DNA of 59,587 nucleotides, filler included, from Stramenopiles sp. TOSAG23-6 (lineage: Eukaryota), in assembly GCA_900128565.1 (NCBI GenBank). It is 2 parts of 2 records of this genome, joined end to end, with 100 filler letters (N's around TTAATTAATTAA, not from the genome) between each part and the next. Parts side by side here need not be neighbours in the genome. Positions count along the whole stretch, not along the records: positions 29,868 to 59,587 come from LT635969.1; 1 more part is not named here. One strand, 5' to 3'. Shown in pieces: positions 35,208 to 50,200 of this stretch. The notes under the pieces were generated by a model. The model saw only the letters and a program-made list of their open reading frames with translations, made no database searches and was not told where the DNA came from. Position numbers and translations under genes: made by a program. Each line of letters begins with the position of its first letter. Position 1 is the stretch's first letter.

Positions 35208-38200
35208 TTATATTACATATGTGCTATCCTTTTTATAATCTGCAACACCTGCTGTATGAATATCTACCTTCTCTGTACTATCGTTGTCATTTCCCTGTTC
35301 AGGGCCGCCGACATCCGATGTTTTTCCAGGGTCACTGTTATATAATTTTTCCACTTGATTAATCGAACTCCACACAGCCCTCTCCTGGGGTTTAATCCCA
35401 TGAGATCTACATACTTTACAGTATTTTTCGTATCCCATGTCACTAATCAGTTTTTTAGATGCACCACTAAATTTTCTTGATAGAGACTTCTTCTTGTCAA
35501 TTCGTCTGTTTGGCATTTTACACATCGGAATTCCATGAGTTTCTTTATCATTCCTTTGTGTATCATCCATATAAAACTCTACTGGAACCGTATCAACACG
35601 CTCCCAAGACATATACAAAATCACACGTCCATTTCGAGTCTTTTTCAAAGGGAATCCCTTCCTATTAGTCAATTGGAATGCTTTAGGAATTGGAGATCCC
35701 AAACCACTTCGAAGGATATTTCCTAAATCGTCCTTTGTTTCCGTCATGCGCACACTAAAACATCCGATGAAATCATCAGATTTTCTTTTGTCTTTATCCC
35801 ACACTGTAACAAATATTTCTGGGCATGCTAACATCTGGTCTGGGTCAGTAATATGGAAATAAAACACCTCAGACCAATTTGGATGAGATGAATTATTGAT
35901 CGTTTTAGATCTGCCACGTTGCTTTGAAGTAGCAGCATGACGCATGTCCTCAAAAGAAAGGCCCGTGTCACTCTCACTCAGCAAAATTTCACAATAACCA
36001 TCGGATAAAGTTGTTAAATCCTTTTTCGGTAAATTTTCTGCACGGATTAATGTAATCTTACACCAATCGCCTAATTTATTCTTCTCCGCTCCATTTAATT
36101 CATCGTCGTCAAACAAACCTATTGGTACAACTTTGTTGCGTTTCGCATAGTCTGTTGACATTCGGCGCATATGGTGTCTTTGATTGGACATTTTCTTATC
36201 GATAATTCCGAGTTCCTTCATTCTTCGTTCTCTATTGAAAAGACGTCGTTCCTTATTAATGCGACCATTATAACAACAACCACAACACATCTTTCCAATA
36301 CAACCACCACAACATAAACCAAACAAAGAAAGTACAATAAGAGCACTGATATCAGACTTGTCCGCGCTATAAGCTGACCAAAATCCAATTCCAGCGAAAC
36401 ATAATCCTAAAATAACACCCGTTGCTTTTTGACAATTTTTCTTCCTGCGAAGAACTGTCGATGATGCATTGAATGAAGTCTTTCCGTGTTTTGCTTCCCA
36501 CTCCCTAACCTTCAATTTTATCAATGTGTCTTGTTTTTTTCCATAATACTTCTTAGCCCAACCAGCTGACAAACGGGTTCCCATTGCAATTCCCACAAAA
36601 ATTCCAAATATAGAAGCTATAGATCCCACCGAGCTTCCTAAAAAAGCTCCAAAGCAACAACCAAACGCAGCACCAGCAACAGTAGCAAGCTGAATACCGT
36701 CATCACGTTTCCTATTGAATATTCTGCGCTCTTCGCCTTCTAACTCGGTTGGCATATCGTTCTTGTCCTTCACTTGCAAGGCTTTCTGAGCTTCACGTTT
36801 CTTCTTCTTTATGTCATCCAACTTTTTATGACATAATTCTAATTCTTTCTTAGTTGCTTTTGCTTCTCCCCATAACTCATACCAGGAGTGGGCAAGTATC
36901 AACACTGTACAAGCTACAACAATAAATGTAACGTATGTGACAATTGATTTTACTGATTCTTTTTCCCCTTTTTCTAAATTATCACCTGACACTTTGAGTA
37001 TAAGTGCCATGAGAACTACAAGGAAAATGTGTGCATTCCCAACAATCGATATAACAAAAGTAGTGTAATCATTATACGGTTGAATAACACACGTGATTAG
37101 TGTAAAAATAAATGTTGCAACTAAGGTGGCTAGAGCACGACCCACAGGTCCGTCATGTACTGTGAGCAAACCAGCAGTGAGTATAAGCTTTTGAAACATC
37201 ATCATGAACTCAAACCACCACTTGTCAGAAAGGTAATCTTCAAATATTCTGCCATAACGGCGCTGTAAAAGCAAATAAACACTATCTTTGAGCAACTCTG
37301 GGTTTCTCTTTTCGGCTTCCTCCAATGGCATAAGTTTAGCTCTATCTTTCCAAAGCATTATAATATATATCAATGGTATACCGATAACATATACAAACAT
37401 TCCAAAGATACCGATGCCCATCATAACCTTGTGCTTACCTTCATAACACTCGATTGACATGTCCACACGAAGCCAGTACTCACCTTCGACTTCAACACAT
37501 TGGAAAATCTGGAATAATTTCATTCCTAGTGATGGGTAAAGTAAAAATGTGAGAATGTTCACGAGTTTAACTATTCTATCTCCAACAGATAATCCGCTAT
37601 ATTGCAAACGAAATCTTTTCTGGATATGACAAGCTACGTGTAACGATTCCCAAAGGTGGCCAAATTGGAACAAAATAAATGAGATGATAACAGTCAATAA
37701 CAAATACATGGGTAAAATACCACAAGTAACAATGAAATTTTGTTCGAATGAAATGATTGCTTGGCAAGACTCAAAGAAATTAAAAATACCACCAACATCC
37801 AAATTCACAAGTTTCATAGCACCAAATATATTTCTAATACTATCTGGCCATTCAACATCAATTAAACTGGGAATATTTGATAGAATTTGTAAATATCCGA
37901 CAATCACCATTAATTGGCCGACAAATTTTCTAGACAACTCTGACATTACTATAGCAAGTTTACGGATAGACGACTTTACTTCATCTATCACATCAGCAAG
38001 TTCGGGCAAACCTCCCATATCTTCCATACTCATGGATGCAGAAAATTCAACCTCTGTTAATGCCATGCCACCACGCATAATTGCATCTTCCATTAGAACT
38101 TGTTCACCAGATGCTGGGCGAGATAAATAGTATACCAATGAAATTGTAAAAAATACAAACAGTAACGCGACAGAAGTCCAAACTAGTGCTTCTTGTCGCT

Positions 38201-41200
38201 CACCTGAGCACATCTTACAAGCACCAGAAGAATCCATAAACCAAGGTCCTGGTTCACACCAACCACACAGGGGACCAGTACTGCCTTTCCTACATTGCTC
38301 AGGAGTAAATGTTAGATTCAATGGATTTAGAGCAATAATTTCACTTGGGGTGATACCTCTACATTGGCCTAAAACAATGCAAGAATATAAATCTGTTGAA
38401 TTATTTGCGGGTCTCCAAAAGTTTTCTTTCACTATTATTTCATCACCATTTACACATACACCTCCATTAGGACATTTATTACAAATCGCTTCACCAGTTT
38501 TGTTTGTCGCCATATGTCCTGTCAGTCGCGACCAAGAGTACCTTCCTGGTGTACACATATAGCACTCATTGCTTCCCCTATCTTTAGTGTAGTAACCCCT
38601 GGCACATTCTTCACATGAATTCGCAGCTTCGGAACTTGAGAAGGTCATTTCTGGACACATCTCGCACTCACTTGAGGATGCTATTTTGGCATATTTACCT
38701 GGGCTACAGCCAAAACACTCCTTTAAACCCTTTGTAAGCCCATAGCGTCCAGGTAAACAATTTTTACATTTGCTTTCTCCAATTTTATCTTGAAATGTTC
38801 CTTCAGCACACTCATTGCATGCTTCTGAGCCTTCAGTGTTTGTAAATTTGCCAAAATCACATTTATTGCATTCTATTTGACCTTCAACATCAATAAATCT
38901 TCCTGTGGCACATTTCGAACATGTTTCTTTGCCTGTATTAGATTGATGCGTCCCTTTCGGACACATCTCACAATTAATCGTACCTTCTGCCGAAGCAAAT
39001 TTTCCCGCAGCACAATCCCAGCACGAATCTTTTCCTGTGGTTGACATATATTTACCCTTGCTACAATTCGAGCATATAGATGCCCCTTTCCCTCCGTAAT
39101 ATGTCCCAGCATTACATTCCTTGCACTCGGAAAGACCTTTTATATCGGCATAATTTCCAGGAAGACAATCGCGGCATTCTGTCGCAGCAGAACATTCATT
39201 GTACTTTCCTGTTTCACATTGAGTGCATTCAGTAGAACCAGTTTCTGGAGCATATACACCATACCCACATACTTTACATGCCACTGAGTTTTTTACACCA
39301 GTGTAATTTCCAGCATCACAAGCTTTGCATTTGGAAAATCCAATCTTGTCTGCGTAATGTCCCTCTTCACAATCTTTACATTTTGACATTCCCGTTGTAT
39401 CGGAGTAGTATCCTGCACTACACGAAGCACATTTTATCATGGAAGATCCAGCCTCACGATAACTACCCAAATCACATGGTGTACATGCCATCGAAGATCC
39501 CCCCACAGAATCACGACCAGCCGCGCACGCAATGCACTCAACCTGAGTAGTAGAATTCGCTTTCAATGATAAACGTTCATTTGTTTTACAACTAAGTGCT
39601 GTTGTAGTACACGGCCCTCCAAGATCCGATACAGGACTCCATCCATTGAGATTCCTTGCAGAATATCGAATGTAATATTGTGTACCAGGAACTAGATCTT
39701 TCAGGTCCAGAGAGTTAACTGTACCATCTGTTTTTTCTGTTTTTATCGCGTTGAAAGATGCACCAGCATTATATTCAATTTTGTACTCCTTAATCGCGTC
39801 GCCGCCGTCTTTAGGTGTAACCCATGCTAGCGACATACCTGTAAGCGTTATTTTTGAACACGATGGGCCCTTTTCTGGTTTCGATGGAATAGTAGAGTCC
39901 ATACTTACGGAGGATGATAAATTAGAAAACCCTGACCATCCTTTGAAATTATGTGCTCTGACGCGAAATCGAATGTTCTTGACACCTCCTAGATCTTCTA
40001 CAATTCCGATTGATGTCTTCGACTCTTTGATTACTTGAGACCACTGACTGTCTCCATCTGTATATGTGCACCCGCTAGCGTTGCCACAAAGTGTGCCATC
40101 ACTTTGCCAATCTGAATGTGTACATGGAATAGCAGAGCAACAAGCTGCGCCCACACAACTTCCGGAATTATCCCATGAACAAACTACGGGATTGTCACTT
40201 AAACATGCATCTTTATCTGCACCAGTACATGCACTAGTGGCAGACCCGGTGCATTTATTTTCTGGTGGAGGAGACTTAGTAGTCATATAAACGTCGTAGT
40301 AGTCGACCTCGAATCCATTTTCACGTGGTTGATCCCATCCAAGTACCACCATTCCTGACATGAGCATTAGTATTTTTGGTGTAATTGCTGGAGTACCGGG
40401 TGTAATAACCCAAGATGGTACATCAGCCAATGTCTCAACTGTGGGAGACCATACACTGTACACACTCGGAAAGTACTGGCTTCCTATTTTATATATAAAT
40501 CCGACGGCAAATCTGTATCTCTGCCCCGCGAAAAGGCCAGCCACTTGATAATTATCTTTCTGTACTGATATGAGAGCCAAATTGGAGAAATTGCAATTAG
40601 TAATGAATGTATTACAAGTTCCACTATTGAGAGAACGCGTCTTGATTTTATGTGAGTCCACAAGAGCTGGTTGTTCAACTTGCCAATTAATCGAAACAAA
40701 GGTTGAACCTTTTCGACCTTCTTTGGGAACGCCAGGGACGGGAAGAATGTTGATATAAATCTCATCAGTACCACCTGCGAAATCATTCGCTGCAATAGAC
40801 TTAGTAAAGAAGCCTCCTTGGTGTGCTCCCCATAATGCACCATCGTCTCGAATCGATATTTGTGTCTCACCGTAAAAAGAAATGGAAAGATACCGCGCAG
40901 TTGATGCACAAAAGTCCCAGCCGTTTCCTATACGAACAGTGTATGCACACTGACTTGCACTCTTTGGTAAGTCTTCTGCATTCGCAACATCTTCTAACTG
41001 CAACCATGCCCCAAGTTTCACACCGCTAACACTAAATGTTGTTGCATTGTCTACTGGTGTCTGTAATGCTTTGCTAAAAGTTGCTTTCATGCTATTGCCA
41101 TCGTAAGATGCAATTTTTGCAGCCTGAGTGACACCATTGGTGACAAGTGTAATATCTCTACCTACATAAAAGTCAGTCTTTCTACTTGCACCATCTGGTA

Positions 41201-44200
41201 AATGGGCTTCAGTAGTTGATTCTGATACATTTACTAAAGTCCCTGTATATGATGCTCCATTAGGGGTATCACCTGTTTCAAGCAACCAAATACGACCTTG
41301 GGATGTAATAAGCATTTGTGGCTCATTTGAGATACTCCCAGTTTTATTCACTTCATCAGCAATTACTGCAACATCGCCGTCTTTTGTAACACATACCTTC
41401 CAATTGCCATGATACGGCGTCCGAAACATTATTGCTTCCATTGTCTCGTCCCTACATTCAGCTTCAGAAGGCCTATCTCTACGATGCGCACCTGCCGTTG
41501 CAACAACTGATTGTGATGCTATGAGTTTCCCTGATTCAGACCCAGCAGAGCGTACCCAGAGACCAAAGTCGCGCCTAAAAGACATTTTAGTAATTCCATT
41601 TCGTTTGAAAGCTAACTCACGAGATTGAGTCGCAACAACTGTCCACACATCATTTGAACCTGCAGCAAGCGGGTCACTTGGTCCTGAATCTTTGGACGAA
41701 GAACCTTGAGTGTTTCCCAATTGATTCGAAAAAGGATTTCCCGAACTGGCAAGCTGCCGGTGCATTGCATAATGTTGGTCTTTTGTCAATGACTTTGTAT
41801 ACAAAATTCGTCGGTTATGGCGTTGAATTAAATCACGAGGATGAATATTTTCCATAATATCACTGTGCTCACTCATTTCGCCGTTTACTGAAACTTCCAA
41901 TGTTTGTACACGACGGCGGCTTTTGCATGCCGATGTTGGACAAACTACACATTGCAATGCTTTGAATCTCTCATTTACTAGTGTCTCGGACGAGTCACCA
42001 GCTTTAGTTGTCGCTATGAATGAAAGAGCTGAATAATTACTCCCAGTACATCCTGGGTTAGATTGGTCAGCACAATCGTTGCCCTGCATCGCTTTTCTCG
42101 CCTTTACTTCAATAGATTTCTCGTCGAAAGGAACAAAAAGGGCAACGCTAGACCTTAAACTTGCTTTCATTGTGTCATCAAAATTAGCATAAGGCATCTG
42201 AAATAAACAAGTAAATTCAACAATTTTAATATTGGAGTCGACAACTGTAATTTGAACAGAGTTCATGGCCAAAATATTACTATTATGGTCAAAAGCCTTC
42301 GCTGTTACAGACAGTTGGCCCGTTTTTGGGCCAAAAAGAATTGTTCCTTCTTCAAATGAAAATGATACATTTCCTGCTATATCTTGTGCTGTATCACCCG
42401 GCGACCCTGTACCATCTGAGCGACCAAGAGTCACTGTCAATTTACCATTATTATTAGATCTGTCTTTTATTGCAAGACCTTTTGCATCAATCTTAACACC
42501 ACTATCATCCGGATATTGACCACCTGGAATGGTGAACTCAATTGCGCTACCCACCCGCAATGATACTGGTGTCGTAAATGAGAAATCCAAAGCAGGTTTT
42601 GATTTCTGTACGACATTCTTCTGCTTGACATTAAAATCTCCTAATGGGGGTACTAAAATAAAATCAAATTTACCTGAAAACATTACTTCGGTGTCCTTCT
42701 TTATGGCAAGAATACAATGCATTGTCCCGGCGTACTCGCCTAACTTAATGACCCCTTCGGGAATAATGAGAGTAGCATCACCCGCTTTGCTCTGTTCAGA
42801 TGAAACTGTCAATTTTAAAGTATGATCTGAAAAATTTGCAGAATCAATATTTTCAGAATCAATTTGAAATAGAGTATCTGTGATACTTTCGTCATTCGGA
42901 TGTTTTATAACAAATCCATTTTTTGTAGTTTTTCTACTGATTCTCGACCCAACTACTGCCTCAGGAATAAATATTTCAATAATCCATGTAGACTTCACTA
43001 CACTAGGTGTGGTAAAAGTAATTTCCATCGATGGTTCTGTCTTAATTATTAAAGCTTCGGGTACAACGGAAACGCCAGATAGTTTTTCAGCCGCCACAGT
43101 AATATTACCCACTTGCCATTTAAATGATGAATTTCCTACAATACTCATACATAGAATCCAATCTCCGCCTTTTTCGAGATTAAATTTCACGTTAATGCTA
43201 TTTTTCTCGCTATTTACTTCGTTATTTATAGAAACTGGGTTAATGTAGTCCACATGTTTATTTGTATCATCAAGCACCGAAGCATCATTTTTATTTGCTG
43301 TGCTTGTGGAACATGTAACATTACTGCCAGCTTGTAATGGTAATGCAATTAATAGAGAATTTTGCGTCAGGGCTACACCTTCGATATTAATATCAAAAAG
43401 TGTACCCTTGGTACCAGTGAACTGCTGGTTCAGAGCCGGTCCAGCAACAACTACTTTGCCAACAAGAAACATCTGTTTTTCAGTTTCAGATCGTATAAAG
43501 CAAACTCTGTATATACCAGGCTTTTCCACAGAAAATGAAGACCACATTAGACTATTTCCAATAATAGTTGGTATTGCATTGATGCCCTTAACGACATCTG
43601 TAATAAAAGTGGTGATACCAAAAACACATGCATCGGCACGGGTTAATTTTAACATAAAACCGTCACCACCATACGTAGCCCAATTGCTTTGATTCAGATC
43701 GTTACCCGTGAGTGTATACTTTTTTACTTCGTTTGGCGTCGTTTGGAAACTTTGGTTAATATGTAATCCCGAAGCCTGAACTTTGCCAATTTTTTCATAT
43801 TTTGTGGTTTCATCAGACTGAAAACAAAGTGAGAATACATAAGTATTAGAACTAAGCGGAATTAACACATTATACCATGTCAGTTGCGATTTGTCACTTT
43901 GAAGTTGGGGTGTAACTGAATTAGTTATTCCTGCTACTTCCACAACATTTCCACCTTCACAATTGTCTTGTTCCAAGACAAGTTTAATTTTCGAAATGTT
44001 TTTTAGATTAATTCCCTTGATATAAAGATTTCCAGGAATACCGGCATCCAGTCGAAATACTTGTCCAACAAAAGGGCCGGCTACAACTAAATCGCCAACT
44101 TTCATAGAATAATCAGGAAGAGTTTTATTGGGAGCAAAGCACAATGAATAATCGCCACTAATATCTGCTTTAACAGAACCCCAAAGTAAACGATCTCCAC

Positions 44201-47200
44201 CTCCAGTTTTCGAATTAGGTATTTTTACTTCTGTCGGTACTGTATTGGATAAACCGGAAATGTGTTTTGAATTTACAGCTGTCGCTGAACACGGACCATC
44301 AACAGCTATAAGTGCCGACTTGTTAACATCCATTCCATATCCATTCAATTCAACTTTACCAGAAACACCTTTTGTGAGAGTAGGTTTCTGATCGGTTGAA
44401 GGTCCTTTGATAAGCAGTTGTCCTATATTATTCGAAAATGTTCGAGCACCATTATCTGCAAACGGAGAAAAACAAACAATATACCATCCGGCGCTCGGTA
44501 CGATGACAGTCTTCCAAGACACTGCCTCGCCTGCAGCAACTGCAGCAACTTCTTCTGGGGGGCACTGAAGACCTTTAATGGTCGGATCGTTTCTTGAGTT
44601 TTTTTCACAAGAACGATTTGCGTTATCATTAGAAAGAATGGCTACTCTGGTTTCCGATGTTAAACCTACACCATCTATACGTAATACGCTTGGTGTGTTT
44701 ACATTAAGTTGAAAATTTGGTTCATCTCCATTTTTATCATCGTTGGCTTTTGCTGTAACATTTATGCGTATTGGTACAACATCAGAGCCCCCGGCGTTTT
44801 TCACTGTTACAATATATACATTAGTACTACTCAAAGAATTTGGAGTTCCCGATATAGTTCCTGTAATCGAATGCAATGTCAGACCAGTAGGTAATGATGG
44901 CGCAATGCTATACGTCAGAGGATAATCACTAGTCACTGTAGGTGTAGTACCATTATATATTTCAGTCCTCGTTAATGTCAATAATTTATGCAAACATGCA
45001 TCTTTATCGCTGATACTCACATCAGAACATGTCCCACTTTGCCACGTATGATTTGTTTTGAGATTATACGATAGATTTTCGGGTGGTGGAACTTTATCTA
45101 ATGTGACGTTGTTTCCAATATCACTTAATATATTAGATGGCAGGCTTTTCAACTTTTCAGTAGGTGTTTTGTAGAAATGTTCACCTATTTTATTTTGAAT
45201 GGCATTTGCGTCTTCAATATTTCTTGCTGCAATCTCATAGTATACAATATCACTTGAAATTGCGGAAAAACTAGTAATAATGTCTGGTAAAATACTAAAT
45301 TCTTGGCCTAGAGCTTCCTTCAATACATTTCTCACTGTAGGATGGTTATTGAAAGTAGTAGATTTTTGAACATCCTGTACTAGTACTGGTATCGACACAT
45401 ATACTGGTTTTTCAAATTTGACATCAGGAGTTGGGGTTTTCACAGCAGTTGCAAGGTTTTTAAAAATATTGGTAAGGCGCGTATAAAAATCTTCTTGATC
45501 TCGTTTTGTAGAAATTGCGGCAAGAGAATTGTAATCCGATAAAATATCATACAGTAACAAACCACTACCTTTTTTTTCACCATCAGTCACTACAAGATTT
45601 TGAACCTGTGACGGCTTTGAATCGACACCATCATCATTATGTACCTTTACTATAGAGCTACGGATTATTTCATCCCATTCCTTCATGAAATTTCTGTATC
45701 CAAGTACAGTGAGTATGGTTGAATAACGGGAATAGAAAAGGGGTGTAAAGGAAACCAACGAGTAATTACTCTCAGATGCCATCATTTTTGTAATATAACT
45801 CGAACTAACTGATGAATAAAATAGTGCTGAACTTGCCAAACTTGTTAAAGTGCTATTGACACTTTCGAGGAGTGTCAGTGTTGCTGCGCCTATTAAGACT
45901 CTAATGACATCACCAGACGGTGACGCCGCCCCACCATAACGCACGTCTAATGCTTGAACATCCCCTTTTTGTTTAAGTTCGTCTGTAATACTTTGAAGTA
46001 GTACATTCTTTTCTTTTGTGTTAATAGTACCCTCTTGAATAGTTAGCCCAATTGCAACTGCATATACTCTAGACGTGTATAAGTCACAATGAGTGGTTTT
46101 GGCAGCCAATCCATCCGCACATATCTTTGGTGACTCTATTTCAATGTCAGGTTCAGTACCATTATCGATACTGAATAAAAGCGTATGCTCAACATTCTGC
46201 TCAAAGCCAATGTCTCCAAAACTAACGACGCCTTCTACAGCTGTTTTCTTAAGTGTTCCCTTCAGTGACCCCTCCCCTGACTCAATTTGAACTTCAACAT
46301 CATTATTAAATTTCTTAACTACATTTCCTCCAGCATCAACAACAGAGACGATTGGTGTAATATCAAACGTGATGCCACTTCCGCGTGCATTTTTTGGAAT
46401 ATTCATAATATTCAGGGTATGAGGTGGTCCCTCAACGACGTTAAATGAAGCCGATAATTGATCCTCAATGGTACCCTTGACATCAATGGTTGCAACAGCT
46501 TTAATTTTATACCCAGTACCAATTTTATCTATAGATAATTTATCTGAACTATCAAAAGAAACCTTGCCCTGAACAGCTTCTTTCTTGACAGAAGCGTTTC
46601 CATTCAAAAAGAGACTTGCCTGAGTATCCCCATCGCTTACAAGCGACAAAGTTACAAAATTTCCAGATCCGTTCAATGAAGTCACAATATTTTCACCTTG
46701 ATCGCGTATAACGAATGTGGGATGTTCAGATGAATTGAAAACCGAACCTCCCTCCAAATCACCTGTTGGCATTCCAGATAAAATATGAAGGGTTGCAGGT
46801 GCTCCTATGCTAACTTCCATTTCATTCGAAACAACCGTAATTTTATTAGATCCTACTTCAATTGATGCAGTAAAAGTGTAAGTACCGACTTTCTGTATCA
46901 CGACGCCGCTCCAAATGGCCCTACCACCTTCAGCTTTAATAACCTTTATCTCTTTCTCACCATCCGGACCATATTCTAACTTTACATCACCTGTATATGT
47001 CGATACTAAATTCCCTCCTGTATCAAGGACGATCACTGAAGGTTGTTGTCTTAAAACTTCACCACCAAAAGAATTCCCAGGTTGTGTAATGAAAGCAATA
47101 CTTGCAGGGACCCCAATTGTCACTTCAATTTTATTAGAGAGATTTGTAAATTTTGCATCCTCTTGGCCACTAGCTTGTTTCACAACGGCAGTCGCTTGTA

Positions 47201-50200
47201 GTTGATAAGTACCTGCAGTATTAATATTCAGATTTGAAAATTTTACGTCACCATTTACTGCTTTAATCGAAACTGTTCCATTCAATGGTTCATTGTTTGC
47301 ATAAATTGAGAGCGTTACTGTTGCATCTATATCATTATCTGTACAAATATTTTGTTCGGCATCTAAAATCTCAATTTCTGGTTGAGTTTGAAATACGATA
47401 CCACCAACAGCGCCCGAAGGTTGTGTTTTAAATTGTATCATTGCAGGTATGCCTTTCGTATCAGTCACACATTTAAAAGGATTTGAGGTTGTAGAAATTA
47501 AATTATCACTTACTAACGAGAACTTTAACGCATAAGATCCTTCTTCACTGATTGAGAGATCCGTAAATGTTGCCAGTCCGTCACTTAATGATTGTGTTTG
47601 TGCTCCACTTAATTTATTTGAAGGAATAGTACTATCCGAAAATTCAACTTTTATACTTCCAGAATTTGTAATGATGTTTCCTCCTTTATCCTTGAGTAAA
47701 ACTTTCGGCTGTTGAAGAAATACATACGCTACTTTCGCGGCCCCTGGTTGTTGTGTAAGTGACAGCGAGTGTGGTGTTCCAGCGGCTACATTAAAAGTAT
47801 CCGAATTCACTAATTTTGGCAAGTCTTCCATATACGCCTGAAGTTGGTAATTGTCATTTTTCTTGTCGACATGAAGATCATCAAAACTGACAGAACCGTT
47901 TGAATCGAGATCTTTCTGACTTGTCCCGGAGAGTGTTGCACCCGAGTGTTGACCATCTTTTTTTAGAGAGATGTGGACTTTACCTTCAAAACCTTTTACG
48001 GCATTTCCACCCGCATCATGCACTTCCAATTTTACTGGGGTTGCAAACGTTTCTGTGGATGTTACATTGTAGGGTTGAGTAGTAAACAAAAGTGTTGCAG
48101 GAGGGCCGATTGCACAATTAAACTTTTCTGAAATAGCTTGAAAGGTATTAGACGTTATCCGTATTTTGTAATCGTTTGATGTATTTATTGTGATTGTTAC
48201 CCCGTTGCTGGGTTTAAATTCTGCTTTTCCATTTTGAAATGATATTTGTTTTATTCCTACTAGTTGCTCTTCATTGTAGCTTTCGCATGATTCGATTGTA
48301 TTTTTCTCACCACAAAGCTTTAGTGAAACAGAATCATTGTATGACTGCACAATATTACCACCAGCATCAACCATACGCATGGAAAACATCTCCATTGTTT
48401 TAGCAGCGACAACATCCTTTGGCTGTTCTGTAAATTCAATTGCCGCAGCTGAACCATGTGTAACTTGTACCTCGACATAATTGCTCAGAATAATATTACC
48501 TGTACCAGATACCGCTTTTACATGCATTTGGTGTTTTCCTTCTAAATTAATTTTGATATCGCTCCATGTACCGTTTCCGCTTTGAACCTTGACGGTTTTT
48601 GTACCCAACATTTCCCCCTGACCAGTATGAATAAGTTCCATTGTCCCGGAGTATTGATCTACAAGGTTCATTCCCAAATCATACACTTTTGCTGTAGGCT
48701 GAGGAGACAAGAGAGATCCGCCAGTAGACGATGTTTTAATATTTTCATTGAGTTTTATAGTGTGTCCCGGACCAATATCCACAGTAAATTCATTAGAAAA
48801 TGTAGAAATTGAACATTTTTCATCGATAATTTCTGTGTCTTTTCCCAAATTACTATACAATGGAGGTGTTTGAATATTGCACAATATGGCTTCCAGTCTA
48901 TATTTTCCAAATTTATCAATAGTAAGATCACTGGAGCTAAAATCTGCGATACCTTTATCTGTAACTTTATTAAAATATTTTGCAGAGAGCGCTGCATTAT
49001 TTGCACCTGGAGGTTTAATCCGGATAATAATATCCTTTGGGGCGCTATTCTGAACAAGGTTTCCACCTTTATCTTTCATTTTCACCACAGGCATGACACC
49101 AAACGTTTGCCCACCTAGTGAAACTCCAACAGAAGGTTGCTGTGTAAATAAAATACTATGTACTTCTCCTTCATCTACACGAATTTCACTGGAGACTGCA
49201 GATATGTCACATCCTTTGTTGGATAAAACCTTACTTCCAAGTAGATACTCCCCTCTAGTATTAAGAATGAGGTTTTGGAAATGAGCAACGCCATTTGAAG
49301 CCTGCATAGTTATGGTATTTTCCATTTTGCCAGATACAAGTACACCAGGTCCTGCATTTTTGAAGATCTCAATATTATCATTATAATTTGTATCGATATT
49401 CCCACCCGCATCGCGAACTATAACTTTAAGTTCAAATGTTTCCCCACCAGAAGTATCTGTTGGTACTTCATCGAAAAGTAATTCATCCGATGGTGAGAGA
49501 TGAACTTCGAAAGACTTTGAAATGTCATACAAAGATACAACATTGCCATTTGGATCCTCAAAGACCAACGATGCATAGAGTTGATATTCACCAATCTTAT
49601 CAATAGCAAGGTCAGCCCACGCAGCTTTGCCATTCACAAAAACAATTGTCTTTGTGCTTGAGTTAGACAAATCACCTTTACCTGATAAAGTAGCTACTTT
49701 GTGCTTTCGAATACTGACACTTCCAGAAAATGTTGTGACAGTATTTCCCCCATTATCAACAACTCGAATGATAGGTTGTTGACCGAATGAGGTACCACCA
49801 AGTGCATCATCAGGATGAAGTACAAACTCCATCTTTACAGGTGTATCACTTGCACATGGGGTAGCGGGGTCGGAATCACCATCGCGATAACCTATAGGGC
49901 ATTTAGCAGCTGGAGCAGATCCACCCGAGCAATATTCCCCTACCATGCATTCTAAACAGCTATCAGCATTCCCATCTGTTGGTGGCTGTGCGCGATCTTT
50001 TTTACCAGGAGGGCAGGACACACAATTAGTCTCCCCTTCTTGGAATTTTCCATACACACAATCAGTACATTCTGTAGATCCTTTATCAGAAACTCTACCC
50101 ACGGGGCATGTTTCGCAATTAGTTGCTGTAGGAGATTTATATTTTCCAGCAGCACATATTTTACAATCACCTATTGCTCCTTCTTCATTTACGTGACCAT